Source: Chitinophaga pinensis
GTDB taxonomy: Bacteria; Bacteroidota; Bacteroidia; Chitinophagales; UBA10324
Direction of reading: 5' to 3'
DNA length: 64,000 nt
Assembly: GCA_945903305.1 (NCBI GenBank)
Contig: CAMDOA010000003.1
Coordinates: 2,325-66,324 of the forward strand
Shown one piece after another: positions 10,125 through 19,268 of the stretch. A model generated the notes under the pieces. That model saw only the letters and a program-made list of their open reading frames with translations. It made no database searches and was not told where the DNA came from. Position numbers and translations under genes: made by a program. Positions within the stretch are counted from its first letter, which is position 1; each line of letters starts with the position of its first letter.

Positions 10125-11132
10125 TTACAATCCTTTCGTCCACTCCTTCACCAACTTTACAAAAACCACGAGGGGCGCTATTTCGAGGGTGCAAATATAA
10201 ACGAGAAAGTGAAACTTATGCCTGGCGAAATAATCGCCGCCGATGCTGAATCCGCGAATGTACCGGAACAAAATAATTGCAATTACTAAAGTGATACTTG
10301 CAAACAACACCACCTTGCTCACCATTTCCGGCGCAAACACAATGAAGAAAAGCATGGGCAAAAGCACAATGCCGGTTACACGATTCAGTTGCACTTCGTT
10401 GAATTGATAAAAATTAATTTCTTTCCGAAACGGAAATAAACTTCCGGCGATTTTCAACACACCAAAGCGCGTGATTAAAATGGCACCGGCAATTATCAGC
10501 GACACACATAACAACCACCAGTAAGGCGGAATTAAATGAAAATACAGCGCCACTAAAAAAAGAAACACTCCGATCGTTATGGCAGAATTTAAACTCAGCA
10601 GAAAAGCACCGAGCCGGATGATTCCAAAATTGTCGCGGAAAATTTGCTGGTTAATTCCTAGTGGTTTAAAAATCTGAAACACTTCGCTGAACTCGCGAGC
10701 ATAACTCACGCGCATAAAAACCAGAAAAACTGCAAGCGCCAGCAACAAATAAAACATCCACGATTTCCATTCATCATTTCGTTTTCGGACTATTACTTCA
10801 TTATTTGCAGGCAACGAATTTTTTTCCAAAACTTTCTCAGGTGAAATAAATTTCCATTTATCTTTTGGCTTAATTGAATTGTCCGTAACAGTTGGGATAA
10901 CAAAATTCAGAAAATGATTTTGCTGAATTGATTCGTGATGCACAACTGATGCAGAATTATTTGTTTGATGATTTACTGAATCAGCTTGAGCAAAGCACTT
11001 CAACAAGCTCAGTGTGACAGATGCAATTAAAAGAAAACTGAAAAAATAATATTTCAAAGAAAAAAACTTTCGCGACTGTTCTCCTTCCTTTTGGGAAGGA
11101 GTTAGAGGATGGGCTTGATTTTCAGAATTCAT
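10125..11132 (-). CDS. Polytopic membrane protein, DUF4271-like
   Basis: A hydrophobic N-terminal segment is followed by a low-complexity linker and about 6 C-terminal TM helices. The ORF-track start at 11213 would overlap the upstream gene by 92 nt, so the ATG at 11132 (MNSENQ..) is preferred. The family call is from memory of typical architecture and neighbourhood. Confidence 0.45.
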   Translation of the reverse strand: MNSENQAHPLTPSQKEGEQSRKFFSLKYYFFSFLLIASVTLSLLKCFAQADSVNHQTNNSASVVHHESIQQNHFLNFVIPTVTDNSIKPKDKWKFISPEKVLEKNSLPANNEVIVRKRNDEWKSWMFYLLLALAVFLVFMRVSYAREFSEVFQIFKPLGINQQIFRDNFGIIRLGAFLLSLNSAITIGVFLFLVALYFHLIPPYWWLLCVSLIIAGAILITRFGVLKIAGSLFPFRKEINFYQFNEVQLNRVTGIVLLPMLFFIVFAPEMVSKVVLFASITLVIAIILFRYIRGFSIGGDYFARHKFHFLVYICTLEIAPLVVFVKLVKEWTKGL

Positions 11133-12900
11133 TGATGTAGCCGAAATGAATTTTTGCTGAACGCAATTGTAATGGATTTCCTCTTTCGCTTCCCACTGCA
11201 TAACTGACACCAAAGATGCCTGCCTTTATTTGAAATGTCAAACCGGCTCCAACACCTTTCGGCCAATCAGTATAAAAATTATTTGGCAACTGATGTTCGA
11301 TGTATGCAAAGTCGGCAAATAAAAACAGGTATGATGTACGCTGAATCAGGTAACGATACTCAGCTGTAAACACATTGTACCACGAAGCATAAACCGATTG
11401 CTCATCGAAACCACGCAAAAAATTGTTGCCACCAATTCGATACAATTCATTCCGGAAAATATCAGGCGCAATCAGCGACTTGGTTTGAAAAGATAATTTC
11501 AAAACCTGCGTGCGCGAAATGGAAGTGTACTTATCTGCCTTCGCTAATAATTCATATCGTAATGATTTTTTAGGTAGAGAATCGTACAGCGAACTGAAAT
11601 TAAAATCGGGTTCATTCAAATCTGTAAGTTGTGTGATGGCAGGATTACGAATCACTTTTCTGTTTCCGACGGCGGCTGATGCAAACATGTACCAACCCTT
11701 GCGCGGACTCAATCTGAAATCTAATTTTTCATAAGCCGCTTCCAATCCATAATATGTAACCGACAAATCAATTTGCGACGGAAGGGTTTGCGATTGTTTT
11801 ATTTCAAAAGTATCAACTGACAATAATGACGACGAAGTGTTGCGCACAAAACCCTTTATGTAATTTCTTCCGCTGAATAAATATTGCAAGCCGATTTCTT
11901 TTTTCACATCAATGTAAAAAGTATCATTCTTGTTTATTTCAAATCCGAGATTCACACCGAATGGTTGCTGTAACAGATATGGATATTGCAAAGCAGATTT
12001 GAATTCAGTACTGCGCGGTTGCAGTTTATCTAAACTCAAAGTCAGTCGTTCACCGCGACCCAACTCATTCCACATATCCAACGAACCCTGACCAGTAACA
12101 ATTACTTTTCCCGAAACACGATTGTTCGGCAGCACCCCAATCACTAAATCGAACTTGCTTGCATTTCTGTTTTTTAGTTGAAGAATGATGCTTGCTTTAT
12201 CATCGTTGAAAATAATTTTCGCAGCACTCTCCTGTTGCACAAACGGAATTTCATCCACTTGTTTATTAATTTCTTGAATCAGACTTTCGTTGTATAAATC
12301 TCCGGGTCTTATTCCAAGGTAACCATACAAGTAGGCGTTGGCAATTTTCACATCGCCATCTATTTTAATACTGTCAATCGTAATCAGTTTTCCTTTGTCA
12401 ATCATCAGCGAGGCACTCAGAAGGTTTTCTTTCCACACAATGCTGTTGAGCCAGACTTTCGCAAACGGAAATCCATTGTTCTCGCAGTAAGTCACCAGTT
12501 TTTCTTCAATGGATTTTATTTCCTTGTAGTAGAAATTTTTTTCGGTGAACGAATTTGTTTTCAGATTAATGCGGTTCATTAAATCTTCACTCACATTTCC
12601 TTTTGAAAGAAAAGCCCACTCCACTTGCTTATTTAATTTTATATAAGCAACGAGATGAGTAGAATCAATTTGCAAGCTGTCAAGCTCTGAAAGCAAAAAA
12701 CCTTTTTCATACAACTGATTAAAAACAGCAACCAATTCCCTTTTCGCAGTAACAGAATCGCTCAGCGTATTGCGATAATTAATGAGTTTGTGAAGTGCAG
12801 CAGTATCTTTGTCGGAAGCAATTACTTTAAAATGAAATAACGGCTGCGCATGAAGAAAAGAAAAACAGAAAATAAAAATGGCAGTGAGCGCGGCTCTCAA
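11122..12900 (-). CDS. Omp85/BamA-TamA-family outer-membrane protein (POTRA plus surface-antigen D15 barrel)
   Basis: 592 aa with a signal peptide (IFIFCFSFLHAQP). POTRA-like repeats are followed by a beta-barrel ending in ..HFGYINEF (terminal aromatic). The only in-frame start upstream of the signal peptide is TTG. Confidence 0.7.
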   Translation of the reverse strand: MRAALTAIFIFCFSFLHAQPLFHFKVIASDKDTAALHKLINYRNTLSDSVTAKRELVAVFNQLYEKGFLLSELDSLQIDSTHLVAYIKLNKQVEWAFLSKGNVSEDLMNRINLKTNSFTEKNFYYKEIKSIEEKLVTYCENNGFPFAKVWLNSIVWKENLLSASLMIDKGKLITIDSIKIDGDVKIANAYLYGYLGIRPGDLYNESLIQEINKQVDEIPFVQQESAAKIIFNDDKASIILQLKNRNASKFDLVIGVLPNNRVSGKVIVTGQGSLDMWNELGRGERLTLSLDKLQPRSTEFKSALQYPYLLQQPFGVNLGFEINKNDTFYIDVKKEIGLQYLFSGRNYIKGFVRNTSSSLLSVDTFEIKQSQTLPSQIDLSVTYYGLEAAYEKLDFRLSPRKGWYMFASAAVGNRKVIRNPAITQLTDLNEPDFNFSSLYDSLPKKSLRYELLAKADKYTSISRTQVLKLSFQTKSLIAPDIFRNELYRIGGNNFLRGFDEQSVYASWYNVFTAEYRYLIQRTSYLFLFADFAYIEHQLPNNFYTDWPKGVGAGLTFQIKAGIFGVSYAVGSERGNPLQLRSAKIHFGYINEF

Positions 12901-12942
12901 GATTTAAAAGTTTTTTTTCAAAATTAATCGGACAACAAATCT

Positions 12943-14067
12943 ATGGCAGGTATTTATGTTCACATTCCGTTTTGCAAGAAAGCTTGTCACTACTGCGATT
13001 TTCATTTTACCACCACTCAATATTATCGAGACGAAATCATTCAGCAGTTGGCGAATGAAATTGAACAGCGGAAAAATTATTTAACGGAACGAACACTCAA
13101 CACTATTTATTTCGGTGGAGGAACTCCTTCTATTCTGAGTGAAGAAGAACTGAGTTTGCTAATGAACAGTATTCACAAAATTTTTTCTGTTGCTGAAAAT
13201 GCAGAAATCACTTTGGAAGCAAATCCGGATGATTTATCAATGGAAAAATTACTGATGCTGAAAAAAATAGGCATAAACCGGTTGAGCATTGGCATACAAA
13301 GTTTTCGAGACCCAGATTTGAAATGGATGAATCGTGCACATAATGCTGAACAAGCAAAGCAGGCAGTAACGAATGCAGCAAATGCCTGCTTCAACAATAT
13401 CAGCATTGATTTGATTTATGGTATACCCACTTCAACTTTATCCGACTGGAAAAAAAATCTGGCGCTAGCTGTTACTCTTCCGATTCAACATCTCTCGTGT
13501 TATTGTTTAACCGTGGAAGACAATACTGCGCTTCATCATTTTATTAAGAAAGGAAAAGTGAGTGAGAAAAAAGATGAAGTGAGTTCAGAAGAATTTCTGA
13601 TGGCGCATGAATTTCTTTCAGCAAATAATTTCGAGCATTATGAAATTTCAAATTATGGTTTGAAAAATTTTCACAGCAGACACAACAGCAGTTACTGGGA
13701 AAACAAACCCTATCTGGGCATTGGTTCCTCCGCACATTCATACAATGGAATTTCTCGGCAATGGAATGTTGCCAATAATATTCAGTACCTGAATTCGATG
13801 AAGGAAGGAAAATTATTATTCGAGCAAGAAGAACTTTCTGTTGAACAAAAATTCAACGAATACCTGATGACACGACTGCGAACTTCAAAAGGAATTTCAT
13901 TGGAATACATTGAAACAGTTTTCGGAAAAAATTATGCAGATGAATTGCAGCTAAAAATTTCGGCTTATGAATTCCCTAAACATTTCGAAATTCTAAACAA
14001 AAATCTTCATTTGACGATTGAAGGAATGTTGAAACTCAATTCCATAGTGATTGAGTGGATGAAATAA
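12943..14067 (+). CDS. hemW: Radical SAM heme chaperone HemW (HemN-like, oxygen-independent coproporphyrinogen oxidase family)
   Basis: The N-terminus GIYVHIPFCKKACHYCDF carries the CxxxCxxC radical-SAM cluster motif. GGGTPS is present, length is 374 aa, and a HemN C-terminal domain follows. Confidence 0.85.
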   Translation: MAGIYVHIPFCKKACHYCDFHFTTTQYYRDEIIQQLANEIEQRKNYLTERTLNTIYFGGGTPSILSEEELSLLMNSIHKIFSVAENAEITLEANPDDLSMEKLLMLKKIGINRLSIGIQSFRDPDLKWMNRAHNAEQAKQAVTNAANACFNNISIDLIYGIPTSTLSDWKKNLALAVTLPIQHLSCYCLTVEDNTALHHFIKKGKVSEKKDEVSSEEFLMAHEFLSANNFEHYEISNYGLKNFHSRHNSSYWENKPYLGIGSSAHSYNGISRQWNVANNIQYLNSMKEGKLLFEQEELSVEQKFNEYLMTRLRTSKGISLEYIETVFGKNYADELQLKISAYEFPKHFEILNKNLHLTIEGMLKLNSIVIEWMK

Positions 14068-14090
14068 GTTTGCGTCGATAAAAAATATTT

Positions 14091-15659
14091 ATGGCAGACA
14101 GAAAAAAATCCTTCCTCGAAAAATTTAATCCGGATTATAATTTCATCGGAGCAACTGTTACAATGGGGGCTCCCATTTTAGATGGTGAAGTACTGACGAA
14201 TAACTTTGTAAAAGTTCCACTCAAAACTTTAAATCGTCACGGTTTAATCAGCGGCGCAACCGGAACCGGAAAAACAAAAACGCTGCAACTTTTAGCGGAG
14301 GGATTATCAGCCAACAGTGTTCCTGTTTTAATGATGGATGTGAAAGGCGACCTGAGTGGAATTGCAGCAGCAGGAATTTCAAACGAAAAAATTCAGGAGC
14401 GCGCAACTAAAATCGGTGTCACTTATTCTGCATCCGGTTTCCCAACTGAACTGATGACACTGAATGAAGAAAACGGAGTGCGGCTTCGTGCCACAGTTTC
14501 AGAATTTGGTCCGGTGTTGTTTTCAAAAATGCTTGGATTGAATGATACACAAACCGGAATCGTGAGCATGCTATTCAAGTATGCAGATGATAAAAAACTA
14601 CCGCTGCTCGATTTAAAAGATTTTAAAAAACTGTTGCAGTATGTTTCTGATGAAGGAAAAAAAGAAGTGGAATCGTTATACGGCACTGTATCCACAACTT
14701 CAACAGGAACCATACTCAGGAAAATTATTGAACTGGAACAGCAAGGTGCCGATCTGTTTTTTGGTGAAATGAGTTTTGATGTAAATGATTTGTTGCGCAT
14801 AGATGAAAATGGAAAAGGATTTATCAGCATCGTTCGCTTAACAAACATTCAGGATAAACCAAAACTGTTCAGCACATTCATGTTATGCCTGCTTGCTGAG
14901 ATATATAATACATTCCCCGAAGAAGGAGATCTGGAAGCACCGAAACTGGTTGTATTTATTGATGAAGCACATTTAATTTTTAAAGAAGCAAGTGGCGAAT
15001 TACTCGACCAGATTGAAAGCATCATTAAACTCATTCGCTCGAAAGGAGTTGGAATTATTTTCTGCACGCAAAATCCAACTGATATTCCACAGGCAGTTTT
15101 AAGTCAGCTTGGATTGAAAGTGCAACATGCATTGCGCGCATTCACAGCGCTCGACAGAAAATCAATCAAGCAGATTTCTGAAAATTATCCGCTCACTGAT
15201 TTTTATGCGGTGGATGAATTACTTACTTCACTCGGTATTGGTGAAGCTGCTATTACTGCATTGAATGAAAAAGGAAATCCAACCATGTTGACTGCAACAT
15301 TGTTGTGCCCGCCATCATCACGAATGGGAATTTTGAATGATGAAGAAATAAATGGCACCAACTCAAAATCAAAATTAGTAAGTAAGTACAGTCAAATAGT
15401 TGACAGAGAAAGTGCGTATGAAATGTTGCTGCAGAAAATGCAGGATGTTGCAAATGAATCAGCGAAGGATACACCGCCTATTCCAACAACACGAGCAGGA
15501 CAAAAACCAGAGAAGAGTACTTTCGAAACGATTATGAAAAGTCCGGTAACCCGTTCAGTTGGAGTTGCAATAGCAGGAGCAATCACCCGAAGTTTACTGG
15601 GTTCACTTGGATTAAGAACGCGAAGTAGTACTTCGAGAAAAAAGAGTAGTTGGTTTTAA
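14091..15659 (+). CDS. HerA-like / DUF853 (YjgR-type) P-loop ATPase
   Basis: Walker A GATGTGKTKTLQ and Walker B-like LVVFIDEAHLIF are present. Length is 522 aa, with a C-terminal basic, Ser-rich tail. Confidence 0.8.
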   Translation: MADRKKSFLEKFNPDYNFIGATVTMGAPILDGEVLTNNFVKVPLKTLNRHGLISGATGTGKTKTLQLLAEGLSANSVPVLMMDVKGDLSGIAAAGISNEKIQERATKIGVTYSASGFPTELMTLNEENGVRLRATVSEFGPVLFSKMLGLNDTQTGIVSMLFKYADDKKLPLLDLKDFKKLLQYVSDEGKKEVESLYGTVSTTSTGTILRKIIELEQQGADLFFGEMSFDVNDLLRIDENGKGFISIVRLTNIQDKPKLFSTFMLCLLAEIYNTFPEEGDLEAPKLVVFIDEAHLIFKEASGELLDQIESIIKLIRSKGVGIIFCTQNPTDIPQAVLSQLGLKVQHALRAFTALDRKSIKQISENYPLTDFYAVDELLTSLGIGEAAITALNEKGNPTMLTATLLCPPSSRMGILNDEEINGTNSKSKLVSKYSQIVDRESAYEMLLQKMQDVANESAKDTPPIPTTRAGQKPEKSTFETIMKSPVTRSVGVAIAGAITRSLLGSLGLRTRSSTSRKKSSWF

Positions 15660-15843
15660 ATAAATGACATTTTTAAGTAAGCAATGATGAAAATAAAATC
15701 GATGATAATTAATGAAGTAATTCATTGATTTATTACTTGAATCATTCTACAAATTTTTTTTCTTTAGAAATTCATAAAATTTTTAACAATAGAATTGAAA
15801 AATCAAAACTATTTTTTTCAGAATAATCAATTGATTTTAACAA

Positions 15844-17379
15844 TCAATCTTTCTTCAATACATCCACCGCCTTCAGCACATCGTTATCCATGTTATTCAG
15901 AAAACGGAAATACTCGTTTTCGTCTTTAAGCATTCGTGCGGATAAACTGGAGAGTGTAAGCAGCAATTGTTTTTTCTGAACAGGACTCAGCTCACTGAAA
16001 TTTATTTTTAAAACCGGTTCAATTTGTTTGACATCATTTGCTGTAAACACCCGCGAATAATTAATGGCAAATTGGTAAGCCACCTGTTGAATTAATGTTT
16101 GACTCACACCGGGAATAGAGGCGCCGAACAATGTGGTATCCACACTTACAAATACATCGGGCACTATGCCGCCGCCGCCATAAACCACACGGCCCGATAT
16201 AGTATAGTACTTAGTAGTGTCGGTTAGTTTTATGCTGTCTTTATTAGTGAGCTCGCCATTGCCATAGCGATTGATCATTTCGTGATAATAATTTTCGGTT
16301 CCGTTGTGATACGATTTCTGAATGCTGCGCCCCGAAGTAGTATAATATCTCGCAACAGTTAATCGCAATCCGCTGCTGTCGCTCAAAGTATATTGTTCCT
16401 GCACGAGCCCTTTTCCAAACGAGCGACGGCCAACTATGGTAGCTCGGTCGTAATCCTGCAAGGCACCTGCAAGTATTTCGCTGGCCGATGCGCTTTCTTC
16501 ATCAATCAACAAACACATTTCGCCGGTTTCAAACAAACCTGATTTGCGGGTGTAGTATTCCTTTTTCGGATATACGCGGCCAACGGTATAAACCACTAAT
16601 TTTTTTTCGGCAAGAAATTCATCGGCAATTTCAACGGCAATATCCAACACACCACCACCATTACCGCGCAAATCAAGAATGAGCTTTTTCATTCCCGATT
16701 CTTTCAGCCGGTTCATGGCACTGTGTATTTCGTCTTCGGTGGTTTCGCTGAACCGCTCAATTTTAATGTAGCCGATTTCCGCATCTATCATATATGATGC
16801 TGTAACGCTCAATAATGGAATTTTCCCTCTGATTATAGTGAAGTATTTCAGTTCATTCAAACCTCTGCGCTTTATTCCCACTTTTACTTTTGTTCCGCCT
16901 GTGCCTTTCAGTTTTCCTTTTATTGAATCATCCGCATAATTTTTTCCGGCAACATTCACATCGTTTACACTCACAATTTTATCGCCTTTTTTTATTCCCG
17001 CTTGTGATGATGGACCGCCTTGAATCACATTCACCACAGTGGCAGTATCATACACAGCATAAAATTCTATTCCCACTCCATCAAAGCTTCCCTTCATCTG
17101 CTGATTCACTTCAATCAATTTTTTATAAGGAATAAAAACAGAGTGCGGGTCGAGTTGCAACAACAAAGCTTCAATTCCTTTTTGTTTAATTGAAGCAAGA
17201 TTCACGGTGTCAACATATTTGGCGGAGATATAAGCAAGTGCTTCGTCCATGGTGCTTGGCTTTCCTTTTCCGCCGAATGAAATTTTATCGCCACCGGAAA
17301 GCAGCATTCCCATTTGAATTCCCATGACTAAAACAACCGCCAGCAACACCGGCATCCATATTTTAATATTTCCTTTCAT
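15844..17379 (-). CDS. S41-family carboxy-terminal processing peptidase (PDZ domain)
   Basis: An N-terminal TM segment is followed by a PDZ segment (GIKKGDKIVSVNDVNVAG) and an S41 core (LILDLRGNGGG, SASASEILAGALQD, GKGLVQ). The ORF-track start at 17388 is TTG; the ATG is at 17379. Confidence 0.85.
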   Translation of the reverse strand: MKGNIKIWMPVLLAVVLVMGIQMGMLLSGGDKISFGGKGKPSTMDEALAYISAKYVDTVNLASIKQKGIEALLLQLDPHSVFIPYKKLIEVNQQMKGSFDGVGIEFYAVYDTATVVNVIQGGPSSQAGIKKGDKIVSVNDVNVAGKNYADDSIKGKLKGTGGTKVKVGIKRRGLNELKYFTIIRGKIPLLSVTASYMIDAEIGYIKIERFSETTEDEIHSAMNRLKESGMKKLILDLRGNGGGVLDIAVEIADEFLAEKKLVVYTVGRVYPKKEYYTRKSGLFETGEMCLLIDEESASASEILAGALQDYDRATIVGRRSFGKGLVQEQYTLSDSSGLRLTVARYYTTSGRSIQKSYHNGTENYYHEMINRYGNGELTNKDSIKLTDTTKYYTISGRVVYGGGGIVPDVFVSVDTTLFGASIPGVSQTLIQQVAYQFAINYSRVFTANDVKQIEPVLKINFSELSPVQKKQLLLTLSSLSARMLKDENEYFRFLNNMDNDVLKAVDVLKKD

Positions 17380-17389
17380 TGGCAGCAAA

Positions 17390-17608
17390 GAAACAAGGTT
17401 TTCATCAGCAACAATATGGAGTGAAAAAAAATTGTTGTGAAAAAATTTCGCACGGAGACACAGAAATCATGGAGATTAATATTTTTATCTCTTCAGAAAA
17501 TAATTACTGTGAATAAATTTCGCGGCTGTTCCCATCTCCTTTTCGGAGATGGGTTAGGGGTGAGGATTACTTGAAACAAGGTTTTCATCAGCAACAACAT
17601 GGAGTGAA
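17390..17608. repeat. Pair of 36-bp direct repeats (17390-17425 and 17573-17608, 35/36 identical) enclosing 147 bp of mini-element sequence
   Basis: gaaacaaggttttcatcagcaacaa(t/c)atggagtgaa was read twice, with a 183-bp offset. The first copy abuts the S41 peptidase start codon. Confidence 0.9.
17531..17565 (-). repeat. Hairpin mini-element of the CCTCACCCCTAACCC..TCTCC/GGAGA..GGG family (inverted copy)
   Basis: cccatctcc-ttttc-ggagatggg followed by ttaggggtgagg. The reverse complement matches the leader and stem layout of the copies at 58019 and 59342. Confidence 0.8.
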
Positions 17609-17624
17609 TTAAATTTTTTGTTTT

Positions 17625-17699
17625 GCCACTAAGACACGAAGGCACTAAGAAGTTAAGCTTCATAATTTGTAAAACTTTGTGTCTTCGTGTCTTTGTTGC
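17625..17699 (+). repeat. Long hairpin of the CCAC..GACACGAAG word family in the murQ leader region
   Basis: The core aagacacgaaggcac (17631-17645) pairs with gtgtcttcgtgtctt (17679-17693): 15 bp including one G-U that only works on the plus-strand RNA. An inner aagtt/aactt helix is also possible. The hairpin ends 39 nt upstream of the murQ ATG. Confidence 0.7.
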
Positions 17700-17738
17700 A
17701 AATTCTTTCTACGGTAGTAATTACTTTTGACCGCAGCT

Positions 17739-18551
17739 ATGCAAAAAACAACAGAAGAAAACAGTCGTTACAATCACCTCGAACACATGAGTGTTCATGA
17801 TTTGCTCACGAATATTAATCGCGAAGACAAAACGGTTGCCGATGCCATTGAAAAAATAATTCCGCAGATAGAATCATTAGTCAATCACATTGTTTCGAAA
17901 ATGAAGGAAGGTGGAAGATTATTTTATATCGGAAGCGGCACAAGCGGACGATTAGGAGTTGTGGATGCATCGGAGTGCCCGCCAACATTTGGAGTGGAGC
18001 AGGGAATTGTTGTGGGCATAATTGCAGGTGGCGATGCAGCAATACGGAAAGCGCAGGAATTTGCTGAAGATGATGTGGAACAGGGATGGAAAGATTTAAA
18101 AACACACAATATCAATGCACTTGATACAGTAATTGGAATCACTGCTTCTGGTTCTACTCCTTATGTGATTGGAGCGATTGAAAAATGCAAGCAGGAAGGA
18201 ATAGGAACAGGAGGTATTACTTGCAACGCAGGTTCTCCTTTAGCAATCGCTGCAGATTTTACAATAGAAGTTGTTGTTGGTCCTGAGTTTGTAACCGGCA
18301 GCACAAGAATGAAAGCAGGCACCGCACAAAAGTTGGTGCTGAATATGATTTCAACTTCAGTAATGATTCAGTTGGGAAAAGTACTCGACAATAAAATGGT
18401 TGACATGCAACTCACCAACGAAAAACTGATAGAACGCGGATCAAAAATGCTGAGCCGACAATTTGCATGGGATTTAAAAAGAGCAAGAGGAATTTTATTG
18501 GAATACGGAAGTGTGCGCAAAGTGATGGATGCACACAGGAGGAAGAAATAA
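17739..18551 (+). CDS. murQ: N-acetylmuramic acid 6-phosphate etherase
   Basis: A SIS domain with GRLFYIGSGTSGRLGVVDASECPPTFG and TGSTRMKAGTAQK. The ORF-track start at 17727 is TTG; the ATG is at 17739. Confidence 0.85.
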   Translation: MQKTTEENSRYNHLEHMSVHDLLTNINREDKTVADAIEKIIPQIESLVNHIVSKMKEGGRLFYIGSGTSGRLGVVDASECPPTFGVEQGIVVGIIAGGDAAIRKAQEFAEDDVEQGWKDLKTHNINALDTVIGITASGSTPYVIGAIEKCKQEGIGTGGITCNAGSPLAIAADFTIEVVVGPEFVTGSTRMKAGTAQKLVLNMISTSVMIQLGKVLDNKMVDMQLTNEKLIERGSKMLSRQFAWDLKRARGILLEYGSVRKVMDAHRRKK

Positions 18552-18647
18552 TTTGAAGATTTGGAAATTTGAAGATTTGAAAATGAAATACAACTCAACA
18601 CGAATTAACTCGAAACCCGAAACAAAGTACCCCGAAATTTAAATAAG

Positions 18648-19229
18648 TTGCACAACATCGAACCCTTTTATAACTGGAAAGATATTTACTCAGCTGAAGA
18701 AGATGAGTTGTCGCCGTTTTATAAAAGAACTTACAGCGAATTTGAATTCACAAACACTATTTATAATTATTTTATTCATCCGCAGTGGGACGATATAAGC
18801 TCTTCCACCTTGTTTGTAAAAATTTTGTTTGTTGATTATGCCAATCATTTTGCAGTGATTGAGTTAATGGGTGAATGGAATGATGCCATACATAATGACA
18901 TTATGATTTTAAAACGGGAAGTGATTGATGTAATGCTCGAACATAAAATCAACCGCTTCATGCTCATTGGTGAAAATGTATTGAACTTTCATGCATCAGA
19001 TGATTGCTACTACGAAGAATGGTATGAAGAAATTTCGGATGAAGGCGGATGGATTGCAGCGGTGAATTTCCGAAAGCATGTGTTTGACGAAATGCGCACC
19101 GTGCATCTTGAACATTATCTATACATGGGTGAAAAATTTTTAGACCTCAACTGGCGCACCGTGAAGCCGCAGTTTTTACCTGAACTGATTGAAGGAATTT
19201 TATTGAAACGGTTAATGCCGGGGGAATAA
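18648..19229 (+). CDS. Hypothetical cytoplasmic acidic protein
   Basis: A 193-aa ORF with coding-like composition and no TM segment or signal peptide. The only start near the 5' end is TTG 18648; no ATG occurs for about 70 codons. No family was recognised. Confidence 0.5.
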   Translation: MHNIEPFYNWKDIYSAEEDELSPFYKRTYSEFEFTNTIYNYFIHPQWDDISSSTLFVKILFVDYANHFAVIELMGEWNDAIHNDIMILKREVIDVMLEHKINRFMLIGENVLNFHASDDCYYEEWYEEISDEGGWIAAVNFRKHVFDEMRTVHLEHYLYMGEKFLDLNWRTVKPQFLPELIEGILLKRLMPGE

Positions 19230-19268
19230 TTATTGTTGGAAATTGTATTTCAAATGACTTATAACTAA

